25,850 nt of DNA from Candidatus Electronema aureum (GTDB taxonomy: Bacteria > Desulfobacterota > Desulfobulbia > Desulfobulbales > Desulfobulbaceae): positions 1 through 25,850 of the forward strand of contig NQJD01000034.1 of the NCBI GenBank assembly GCA_004284765.1, given 5' to 3'. Below, piece by piece: positions 18,474-25,663 of this stretch. Both the position numbers and the translations under genes were made by a program. A model generated the notes under the pieces. It saw only the letters and a program-made list of their open reading frames with translations, had not been told where the DNA came from and ran no database searches. Position 1 is the first letter of the stretch. Every line of letters starts with the position of its first letter.

Positions 18474-18668
18474 ATGACTTTTCATTGCAAGAACTACGAC
18501 ATCTCTGCCGATCGGTGCAAGAAGCTCTCCGGCGAATGTGTCCCAGCCCGCAAGGGCTGCGTCCTTGAAGGGCGGATGGTAGTCAGCGAGGAGCTGGCAG
18601 AGCGCATCCGCCGGATCAACGAGGCAACTGCCCGCCGCAGCCTGAAGCAGGATGTAGGCCAACAGTAG
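18474..18668 (+). CDS. Small 4-Cys protein (64 aa), unknown function
   Basis: The ORF starts 24 nt after CZB paralog 2. Cys residues sit at positions 5, 15, 22 and 29, followed by a basic helical tail. Composition is GC-rich and backbone-like. The RBS is weak. Confidence 0.45.
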   Translation: MTFHCKNYDISADRCKKLSGECVPARKGCVLEGRMVVSEELAERIRRINEATARRSLKQDVGQQ

Positions 18669-18761
18669 GATACAAGGGTCAAGGCCCGCGCTGTACTACT
18701 AACCACTACATACCTTAGAATCTCACCAGCACTACCTCGCCCCATCTCTATCTACATTCCC

Positions 18762-18790
18762 TTGACAAACAGAGCGGCTCTTTTTACGAT
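18762..18790 (+). promoter_or_regulatory. Candidate promoter for rfbA
   Basis: TTGACA (18762-18767), a 17-nt spacer, then TACGAT (18785-18790). Confidence 0.4.
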
Positions 18791-18877
18791 GCGTTGACCA
18801 CTCTTTTCCAGCAAACAAAGCACACTTCTCTTTACAGGCAAGGGGCAAATGCCGCTTGGCCCAACTGACGACAGCCC

Positions 18878-19759
18878 ATGAAAGGAATTATCCTCGCAGG
18901 CGGCTCTGGCACTCGCCTGTACCCTCTGACCCAGGTGATCAGCAAGCAGCTCATCCCGGTCTATGACAAGCCGATGATCTATTACCCGCTGTCTGTGCTG
19001 ATGTTGGCGGGTATTCGCGATATATTACTGATCTCTACCCCAGAAGACCTGCCCCGCTTCACGCAACTCTTTGGTGACGGCAGCCAGCTTGGCTTGAACA
19101 TCTCCTACGCCGAGCAGCCTAAGCCAGAAGGACTGGCGCAGGCCTTTATCATCGGTAAACGTTTTATCGGTAGATCAGCAGTGTCCTTAGTGCTGGGGGA
19201 CAACATCTTTTTCGGCAATGGCTTTCAGGAGATAGTCAAGCGGTGCAGCAGACTCAAGCAAGGCGGCATTGTTTTCGGGTATCTCGTCAAAGACCCAGAA
19301 CGCTACGGGGTGGTTGAATTTGATGCAGAGCGGCGAGTGGTGGGGATTGAGGAAAAGCCCTCGCAGCCAAAATCGCGCTATGCTGTGCCGGGCTTGTATT
19401 TCTACGACAACAGCGTAGTCGAGATCGCCTCAAACATCAAGCCTTCGCCGCGTGGTGAGCTGGAGATTACGGATGTCAACCTTGCGTATCTCAGGCAGGG
19501 CATGCTGAAAGTGGAGCTGCTCGGACGTGGCTTTTGCTGGTTGGACACGGGTACGCACGAGTCACTTCAGCAAGCGGCCAGCTATGTGCAAGCGGTGCAG
19601 GATCGGCAGGGGCTGAAGATCGCCTGCTTAGAGGAGATTGCCTACCGACTCGGTTACATTGATGCAGAGCAGGTGGAGCGCATGGCCAAGCCGATGTTGA
19701 AGAATCAGTACGGGCAATATCTGATGTCCATCTTGAGCGAGGAGGGCGGGAAGCAATGA
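18878..19759 (+). CDS. rfbA: Glucose-1-phosphate thymidylyltransferase
   Basis: [34 protein letters not shown] and the conserved C-terminal region are present. Confidence 0.95.
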   Translation: MKGIILAGGSGTRLYPLTQVISKQLIPVYDKPMIYYPLSVLMLAGIRDILLISTPEDLPRFTQLFGDGSQLGLNISYAEQPKPEGLAQAFIIGKRFIGRSAVSLVLGDNIFFGNGFQEIVKRCSRLKQGGIVFGYLVKDPERYGVVEFDAERRVVGIEEKPSQPKSRYAVPGLYFYDNSVVEIASNIKPSPRGELEITDVNLAYLRQGMLKVELLGRGFCWLDTGTHESLQQAASYVQAVQDRQGLKIACLEEIAYRLGYIDAEQVERMAKPMLKNQYGQYLMSILSEEGGKQ

Positions 19760-20628
19760 AGCTGCTGATCACTGGCGCAGGAGGACAATTGGGCCAAGAT
19801 TGTGTGCGTCTGATGCGCAACCGACACGACATCTGCGCCCTGACCTCAACGCAGCTGAACATTACTCAAGCCGATGCTGTGCGGCACACGGTGCAAGAGG
19901 TTTTGCCTGATGTGGTTATCAACTGTGCGGCCTACACCGCAGTGGATGCCTGCGAGACCGAGCAGAACTGCTGCATGGCCGTCAATGCCCACGGTGTAGC
20001 GAATATAGCCGATGCCTGCGACGAGTCTGGCTGCCGCTTGATTCATATCTCGACTGACTATGTTTTGGACGGGGCAAAACTTGTACCAGAACCCTACACC
20101 GAGGAAGAGGCGGTTGCGCCGATCTCTGCTTATGGCCGAAGCAAATTAGCCGGTGAAGAGGCCATTGCCGCCCGGATGGAGGATTATCTCATCCTGCGCA
20201 CAGCTTGGCTGTATGGCATTAGCGGCAAGAACTTCCTCAAAACCATGCTGCGCTTGGCGATGGCTGATCCAAAGCGCATGATTAAGGTGGTGAACGACCA
20301 GTTCGGCTCATTAACGTGGACCATGACCTTAGCCCGGCAGATCGAGCAGGTATTGGATTGCGGACTCACCGGCATCGCCCATGCCACGGCAGAAGGACAC
20401 GGCACGTGGTATGTTGGGGCAAAATATTTCTTAGAGGCGATGCAAGTAGATTTTTCGCTGACTCCTTGCAGCACGTCGGAATATCCCACCCCAGCAAAGC
20501 GGCCTGTTAACTCCATCCTTGAGAACAGTCGCCTAAAGGAGCATGGCCTCAACGTGATGCGTCCTTGGCAAGAGGATGTGGACGAGTTTGTGCGGCTGCA
20601 CCGTGATGAGCTGCTGTCAGGGCGGTAA
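19756..20628 (+). CDS. rfbD: dTDP-4-dehydrorhamnose reductase
   Basis: [13 protein letters not shown] Rossmann start, [17 protein letters not shown] and Y..SK are present. The gene overlaps rfbA by 4 nt. Confidence 0.9.
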   Translation: MKLLITGAGGQLGQDCVRLMRNRHDICALTSTQLNITQADAVRHTVQEVLPDVVINCAAYTAVDACETEQNCCMAVNAHGVANIADACDESGCRLIHISTDYVLDGAKLVPEPYTEEEAVAPISAYGRSKLAGEEAIAARMEDYLILRTAWLYGISGKNFLKTMLRLAMADPKRMIKVVNDQFGSLTWTMTLARQIEQVLDCGLTGIAHATAEGHGTWYVGAKYFLEAMQVDFSLTPCSTSEYPTPAKRPVNSILENSRLKEHGLNVMRPWQEDVDEFVRLHRDELLSGR

Positions 20629-20645
20629 GAAGAGAACGCAAAATT

Positions 20646-21023
20646 ATGCAGCAGCTTGATTCCAGTAATAAAATCGGGCGGGACGGTGAAGAGGCAGCGG
20701 CCCGCTGGATAGAGGCGCGGGGCTGGATAATTCTCGAACGCAACTGCCGCCTACCCAGCGGTGAAATTGATATCCTCGCCTGCGATAGCTGCGGCTGCTT
20801 AGTCGTCATCGAGGTGAAAACCCGGCGCGGCAAGCAATTCGGCAGTCCTTTTGAGGCAGTAGATCGCCGCAAGCAACAGCGGTTGGCCGCAGCTGCGCTG
20901 GAGTACATGGCTGAACACAACGTGGATATGCCGCTGCGCTTTGACGTGGCTGCTGTCTTTCCTGAACGCAACGCCTTCCGGGTGGAGCTATTGCACAACG
21001 CCTTTGAATGCGAGGAACCATGA
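20646..21023 (+). CDS. yraN: YraN-family (UPF0102) endonuclease-like protein
   Basis: 125 aa with GEEAAARWIEARGW.ILERN.R...GEIDILA...VVIEVKTR, the restriction-endonuclease-like core of the family. Confidence 0.85.
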   Translation: MQQLDSSNKIGRDGEEAAARWIEARGWIILERNCRLPSGEIDILACDSCGCLVVIEVKTRRGKQFGSPFEAVDRRKQQRLAAAALEYMAEHNVDMPLRFDVAAVFPERNAFRVELLHNAFECEEP

Positions 21024-22012
21024 AACCTGCTGCAATCACGATGGGCTGTCCGGTCGGGGTTGGCCCGGAAATCATCCTCGGTCTCTTTGATAGTCTAACC
21101 ACTGACGAGGCCACGATTGCGCCAGTGGTTCTCGGTGATCTTGGTGTGCTCCATCACACGGCCAAGCTCTTGCACAGCAAGGTGAAGCCGGTTTCATGGC
21201 AGATAGGTCAAGCGATCAAACCCGGTACCGTGCCGGTGTTAGAACTGTCACGGTTGGCGACAGACGCGCTGCACTGGGGTCAGCCAACCAAAGAAACCTC
21301 GTTAGCGATGGCTGAGTATATTCGCCAAGCAACACAAGGCACGCTGGCAGGAGACTTTGCTGCGGTCGTCACGTGCCCGATCTCTAAGAAAGCCCTGAAC
21401 GAAGCAGGCATACATTATCCCGGTCACACCGAGATGCTGGCCGATCTGACCGGCGCGCGCCGCTATCGAATGATGATGGCAGGAACGCGGCTGCGAGTGG
21501 TATTAGTCACCATCCACGAGCCATTAGCCAAAGTCAGCGGGATGCTTTCTGCCGAAGGTATCCTCGATTGCATCCGCATGACCGCTGATTCCCTTCACCG
21601 GGATTTTGCCTTAGACAGGCCGCGCATTGCGGTGGCTGGTTTTAATCCCCACAGCGGCGAGCAAGGCATGTTTGGCAGAGAGGAGATCGAGATTATTGAG
21701 CCAGCCTTACGTCAATACGAGGGTGACGCGTTGATCACTGGCCCTTGGCCACCAGACACGGTCTTTCACAAAGCAGCGAACGGGGAGTTTGACGCAGTGG
21801 TTTGTATGTACCACGATCAAGGTCTGATCCCCTTCAAGCTGCTGCATTTCAAAGACGGAGTGAACGTAACTCTCGGCCTGCCTATAGTCCGCACCTCGGT
21901 TGATCACGGCACCGCGTATGATATCGCTGGCAAGGGCATCGCTGATACAGCCAGCCTGCGCTCGGCTTGGCAGCTGGCCACTGCAATCGCTACCAATCGA
22001 GCAAGGAAATAA
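21020..22012 (+). CDS. pdxA: 4-hydroxythreonine-4-phosphate dehydrogenase
   Basis: ITMGCPVGVGPEI, GHTEMLA, GFNPHSGE, MYHDQGLIPFK and RTSVDHGTA are present. I prefer the ATG at 21020 (ATGA overlap with the yraN stop). The in-frame alternative is at 21008. Confidence 0.9.
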   Translation: MKPAAITMGCPVGVGPEIILGLFDSLTTDEATIAPVVLGDLGVLHHTAKLLHSKVKPVSWQIGQAIKPGTVPVLELSRLATDALHWGQPTKETSLAMAEYIRQATQGTLAGDFAAVVTCPISKKALNEAGIHYPGHTEMLADLTGARRYRMMMAGTRLRVVLVTIHEPLAKVSGMLSAEGILDCIRMTADSLHRDFALDRPRIAVAGFNPHSGEQGMFGREEIEIIEPALRQYEGDALITGPWPPDTVFHKAANGEFDAVVCMYHDQGLIPFKLLHFKDGVNVTLGLPIVRTSVDHGTAYDIAGKGIADTASLRSAWQLATAIATNRARK

Positions 22013-22017
22013 ACGGT

Positions 22018-22626
22018 ATGAAAAGAGGACGGAAGGGACTGCTGATCGCCTTTGAGGGCATTGACGGCACTGGCAAATCAACCCAGATTCAGCTGCTGGC
22101 TGATTTTCTTAGAGAGAAAGGTGAACAGGTTGTTGTCACTCGCGAACCCACAGACAGCGTCTATGGCCGCCGCATCCGCGAGCTGTACGTCAACCGGGAC
22201 AGTTGCACCCCAGAAGAGGAGTTAGAACTGTTCATCCAAGATCGACGACTGCATGTACGAGAGCTTATCAGGCCAGAGTTGGCTGCTGGCCGCATTGTTC
22301 TTACTGACCGCTATTATTATTCCACCGCTGCTTATCAGGGCGCAGTAGGCATGGACACAGCAGACATCTTTGCCCGCAACCGCTTTGCGCCTCGGCCAGA
22401 CATAGTATTCCTGCTGACGATGCCGCCGAACTTGTCAGCTGAACGCATCTGCAAAGGCAGGGGCGAACAGCTTAACGCTTTCGAGCAGCTCGACCTTTTG
22501 CAGAAGACCGCTGCGCTTTTTGCTTCGTTTTCTGACCCTTGGATTTGCCGACTTGACGCTTCGCAGGCTGTTGCTTCCGTGCAGAAGCAGATAGAGAACG
22601 CTTTGACTGAGCTTTTATCAGTTTAA
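22018..22626 (+). CDS. tmk: Thymidylate kinase
   Basis: LIAFEGIDGTGKST P-loop, EPT, DRY.YS..AYQG. The start is taken at ATG 22018, after the pdxA stop, rather than the track start at 21967. Confidence 0.9.
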   Translation: MKRGRKGLLIAFEGIDGTGKSTQIQLLADFLREKGEQVVVTREPTDSVYGRRIRELYVNRDSCTPEEELELFIQDRRLHVRELIRPELAAGRIVLTDRYYYSTAAYQGAVGMDTADIFARNRFAPRPDIVFLLTMPPNLSAERICKGRGEQLNAFEQLDLLQKTAALFASFSDPWICRLDASQAVASVQKQIENALTELLSV

Positions 22627-23503
22627 CTTCTTTGCGTTTGGATTTTGTTGAACGGGTTACTGTTTTCTTTTTGTTTCGTGCCTTTTTCGTCAGCTTGGCT
22701 TTGTCAGGCTTCCGGCTTTTCTTCGTGCTGCTTACCTGTTTGACTTTGTTGACTTGTTCCTTCTCCTCTGGTTCCCCGATGGCGAGAACATCTTGGAGGA
22801 GTTTGTCTTCTTCCTCTGATCCCTCTGCTAAATTCTGCCCAGCACACTGTGGCGACACGGCAGCCTCTGCTGCCTGCTCGTCGTTGCCTATCGGTGTTTC
22901 AGGCTCCTGATCCTTGCCCGGCACTTCCGGCTGGCCGGTCTGAAGAAAACGGACCGGATTAATGAAGTTGTTGTGGTTATACTTCTTGCTGGTGCCATAG
23001 GGAGCGTGCGGCAGTCTGCCGGGTGCAATAACACCAAAATGGACATGTGAGCCGCAGCGATACGGCCCGATCAGTCCGATGGTGCTGCATCCCCGCACTT
23101 TGCTGCCCTTCCGCAGGTCGAAGGTGTTTCTGATGTGTCCGTACAAGGCGATGAACCAGCGGCCATCAGCTAATCGGTGCTTGATCATAATGGCAACATT
23201 GCCACTTCCCCAGCCACTGGTGGAAATATCATGCACCACGCCGTCGGCAATCGCCCGTACCGGTCGTCCAATCGGTGCAAACATGTCAACACCCAAATGC
23301 TGGGAATTCCTTCCTCGTGATGCCAGCCAAGCACCCGTAGGTCGATTGAGCGAATATCTAAACTCAGCTAACGGCCAGCAGAATGCTGTTGTGGGTGCGG
23401 AAAAAGTCGCCTTTGCCGCCCACGCCGTCCGTTGTTCACCTGCCGAGACGCAGCCGAACGGTAAACATGCTGCCAGCAGGATAATTGCTGTAATTCTCCA
23501 CAT
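22472..23503 (-). CDS. M23 (LytM-type) metallopeptidase lipoprotein with a long Lys/Arg-rich C-terminal tail
   Basis: The signal peptide has a lipobox-like LLAAC. M23 motifs are HLGVDMFAPIGRPVRAIADG, YGHI and GSHVHFGV. The last ~130 aa are low-complexity and K/R-rich. GGAGAA RBS. Confidence 0.82.
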   Translation of the reverse strand: MWRITAIILLAACLPFGCVSAGEQRTAWAAKATFSAPTTAFCWPLAEFRYSLNRPTGAWLASRGRNSQHLGVDMFAPIGRPVRAIADGVVHDISTSGWGSGNVAIMIKHRLADGRWFIALYGHIRNTFDLRKGSKVRGCSTIGLIGPYRCGSHVHFGVIAPGRLPHAPYGTSKKYNHNNFINPVRFLQTGQPEVPGKDQEPETPIGNDEQAAEAAVSPQCAGQNLAEGSEEEDKLLQDVLAIGEPEEKEQVNKVKQVSSTKKSRKPDKAKLTKKARNKKKTVTRSTKSKRKEVKLIKAQSKRSLSASARKQQPAKRQVGKSKGQKTKQKAQRSSAKGRAARKR

Positions 23504-23728
23504 ATTTTCTCCGCCTTCCGGTTTATCTCCCGTGCAGATTTGATTTTACCGCAGTATTATGACGGCTATTATACGGGATGCCTTTTGATTGCAGTAGTGC
23601 AATTATGCTCATCGGATAAAAAAAAGGTAGTCCTTAAGGCGTAGTGACAGCTCGATTCCTACACTGGAAAATTCCGCTGGACTTTGTTATAATTATGTAA
23701 AAACAACCTGTTGCCAAGGAGAGCAAAA

Positions 23729-24025
23729 ATGCCATCCTGCCCCAGCTGCGGCACTGAGAAAGTCATAAAAAATGGCTCCATCCATAATGGGAAACCAAGA
23801 TTTTCCTGCAAGGAATGCCGCCGTCAGTTTATTGAGAACCCATCAAATAAAATAATTCCGCAGGAGACATGGAATCTCGTTGACAAGCTGCTTCTTGAAA
23901 AGATTTCATCAGCAGGACTATCGAGAGTCACAGGGATATCTGAAGTCTGGATTGAGAACTATATAAACAAAAAATATGGACATGTTCCGAAGCGGACAGA
24001 AGCTGTTTTTAAAAAAGCGGTCTGA
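23729..24025 (+). CDS. IS1-family InsA-like zinc-finger/HTH protein
   Basis: MPSCPSCGTEKVIKNGSIHNGKPRFSCKECRRQF parallels the IS1 InsA zinc finger. AAGGAG lies upstream of the ATG at 23729. Confidence 0.75.
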   Translation: MPSCPSCGTEKVIKNGSIHNGKPRFSCKECRRQFIENPSNKIIPQETWNLVDKLLLEKISSAGLSRVTGISEVWIENYINKKYGHVPKRTEAVFKKAV

Positions 24026-24364
24026 TTCTGCAATGTGATGAGATATGGTCATTTGTCGGATAAAAAGAGAGAAAATTCTGGATATGGCTTGCAATTGATA
24101 GATATTCGAGAAAAATATGCAGGAAGCAGGGATAATGAAGGCGCACTCGTCCTTTGGAATTCACTTTCGGAATCATGCAAGAAAAATGCTGTGTTTTATA
24201 CTGATTTTTGGTCAGCATATAAAGAAATTTTCCCTCAAGGCAGACATTTTTCCGTCGGAAAGGATAGCGGAAAGACAAATCATATCGAACGGTTCAATCT
24301 TACTTTGCTGCAGCGCGTTTCACGTCTTGGAAGAAAAACGCTTTCATTTTTTATGAATAGGTGA
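24016..24364 (+). pseudogene. IS1-family transposase catalytic region, inactivated
   Basis: After a -1 shift the frame reads SGLILQCDEIWSFVG and then hits TAA (24061-24063). Homology resumes as KERKFWIWLAIDRYSRKI. It then moves to another frame near the A5 run at 24111-24115. The C-terminus is truncated at SFFMNR. Confidence 0.75.
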
Positions 24365-24387
24365 ATTCAAGTTCCAAATGCAACCGT

Positions 24388-24465
24388 TTAGTAGTCTCCC
24401 GAAAATAGCTCTTTTGGTGTTTTAAATCCAAGAGATTTTCGAGGTCTGTTGTTGAGCTTTTCCAT
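24388..24465 (-). pseudogene. IS30-family transposase C-terminal fragment
   Basis: The minus-strand translation MEKLNNRPRKSLGFKTPKELFSGDY* matches the conserved IS30 C-terminal LNNRPRK.LG..TP.E motif. No upstream part of the gene is present. Confidence 0.7.
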
Positions 24466-24520
24466 AAAAATGCGAGTCAAGTACCACCGGCTTTGCCGGT
24501 GGTACTTGACTCGCATTTTT
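24466..24520. repeat. Perfect 26-bp inverted repeat (hairpin with 3-nt loop), A5/T5 flanked
   Basis: AAAAATGCGAGTCAAGTACCACCGGC-TTT-GCCGGTGGTACTTGACTCGCATTTTT. Every position pairs. Confidence 0.9.
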
Positions 24521-24584
24521 AACAGGCCCTAGCTTGGCGGTGCTGGCGCGGTAAGAAAAAGAAAAAAAGTAGTGCATTTTTCGG

Positions 24585-24613
24585 TTGACACTTTGCTTAA
24601 AAAAAAGTATATA
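24585..24613 (+). promoter_or_regulatory. Consensus sigma70 promoter for the tRNA pair
   Basis: TTGACA (24585-24590), a 17-nt spacer, then TATAAT (24608-24613). A-tract UP-like sequence lies upstream. The tRNA starts 16 nt after the -10. Confidence 0.8.
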
Positions 24614-24628
24614 ATAGTCCTCTACCGG

Positions 24629-24704
24629 GGGGCGTTAACTCAGTCGGTAGAGTATCTGCCTTTTAAGCAGAGAGTCGCGCGTTCGAGTCGCGCACGCCCC
24701 ACCA
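24629..24704 (+). tRNA. tRNA-Lys (anticodon UUU)
   Basis: Folded by hand: acceptor GGGGCGT/ACGCCCC, D stem ACTC/GAGT, anticodon stem TCTGC/GCAGA with loop CTTTTAA, T stem GCGCG/CGCGC with loop TTCGAGT. CCA is encoded. 76 nt. Confidence 0.95.
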
Positions 24705-24717
24705 CATAATTTATTAT

Positions 24718-24792
24718 GTCCTCATCGTCTAGTCAGGTCTAGGACATCGGCCTTTCACGCCGACAACACCGGTTCGAATCCGGTTGGGGACG
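24718..24792 (+). tRNA. tRNA-Glu (anticodon UUC)
   Basis: Acceptor GTCCTCA/TGGGGAC (one G-U), anticodon stem TCGGC/GCCGA with loop CTTTCAC, T stem ACCGG/CCGGT with loop TTCGAAT. No CCA is encoded. 75 nt. Confidence 0.93.
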
Positions 24793-24804
24793 CGAAATAA
24801 AATC

Positions 24805-24846
24805 AGGGAGTTGGCTTGCAGAAAGCTGACTCCCTTTCTGTTTTCT
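24805..24846 (+). terminator. Intrinsic terminator after the tRNA pair
   Basis: A ~10-bp stem GGGAGTTGGC / GCTGACTCCC (two G-U pairs) is followed by TTTCTGTTTTCTG. Confidence 0.65.
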
Positions 24847-25121
24847 GCGGGTTCGCCTGCGAGCCATCATCTTGTTTCCGCGTTAAAAAAGCCTCGTTTC
24901 TCCATTCCACGAATGGAGGAGAAGCTGGTTTTCCTGTCGAACGCAGCCGTTCAGAACCGTCTGCGCCTGAGCTGGGGTCAATGGGCAGGGAATCTTAGTC
25001 CTTGACTTCAGCCAAGAAACCATAGGCCATCTCCCGCCTCCACCGCTTTGCAGCTGACCGAAAAACATCTGCTTATAACACTGAGCTTGCCTTCCGTCAT
25101 GATGATCATTTCTTTTCCCTC

Positions 25122-25328
25122 CTATACCCGAAAAAGGTCTTCAACAAATTTGGGGAAGTAATTCAAGCAAAAGGAGGACGAGGCAGCAAAAACAATGACC
25201 TGGAAAGTCCAAAGTATGCCTGATGAATCAAACACCTGAAAGAGCCAGATGCAATGCAAAAAAACAAGCAGCATGAGCATAAAAAGACGACCTCCAAGGG
25301 TACAGCGGATAATTTCTATGAAAGTCAT
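25122..25328 (-). CDS. Candidate small two-TM membrane protein (68 aa)
   Basis: AAGGAG lies 8 nt upstream of the ATG. The ATG overlaps the stop of an upstream reading frame (ATGA). There are two hydrophobic segments. No family was recognised, and the AT-rich context makes hydrophobic ORFs cheap. Confidence 0.3.
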   Translation of the reverse strand: MTFIEIIRCTLGGRLFMLMLLVFLHCIWLFQVFDSSGILWTFQVIVFAASSSFCLNYFPKFVEDLFRV

Positions 25329-25457
25329 TTCTCTTTCTCCTTTTGAAGCTGCTCCAGAGGCTGCTCCTGCAAGTAAGCCCTCGAAGCATCCATGCGGCCT
25401 TTAAAATAATCAACGCACCAGCCTTCTGAAACAAGTTTCAAAATATCTGCTGATGTG

Positions 25458-25567
25458 TAATGCGAATTAGGGGTTGAAAAATAACCTGTAAAATAGTCGA
25501 GTTACAATTAGTCTATTTTTGAACACTTTCTTGTAACTTATGGCAATCCAACTCCTAATTCGCATTA
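25458..25567. repeat. Nested inverted repeats (MITE-like or IS-end-like)
   Basis: The outer 14-bp perfect pair is TAATGCGAATTAGG (25458-25471) / CCTAATTCGCATTA (25554-25567). An inner 8-bp pair AGTTACAA / TTGTAACT lies between them. Confidence 0.7.
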
Positions 25568-25663
25568 TATACCTAATGTGCAACTCTTAAAAAAGATGCC
25601 CGATCCATTGGGCGCATCCTGTAGAATAGTGGTATCTAAGCCCTATTCACAAGGAGTGCGCCA

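Larger units (their letters stand above)
23729..24364 (+). mobile_element. Decayed IS1-family insertion sequence (InsA-like ORF plus disrupted InsB-like DDE region)
   Basis: The element shows the InsA/InsB organisation. An A6G slippery run (24011-24017) sits at the ORF junction. The DDE-region motifs CDEIWSFVG, WIWLAID, FYTDFWSAY and NHIERFNLTLLQRVSRLGRKTLSF are split across two frames. Confidence 0.8.

Noticed and set aside
22632-22910. 92-aa plus-strand ORF downstream of tmk.
   Set aside because: It is antisense to the Lys-rich tail of the M23 peptidase. Its Phe/Leu/Ser-rich translation is the mirror image of AAG/AAA-rich coding sequence.
24784-25005. Plus-strand ORFs 24784-25005 and 24816-24998 after the tRNAs.
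   Set aside because: One starts inside tRNA-Glu and both run through the tRNA terminator hairpin. Neither has an RBS.
24883-25068. 61-aa minus-strand ORF (MFFGQLQSGGGG...).
   Set aside because: It has no RBS and a low-complexity start, and it overlaps the better-supported RBS-preceded 33-codon ORF in another frame. It may be a frameshifted remnant, but that cannot be shown.
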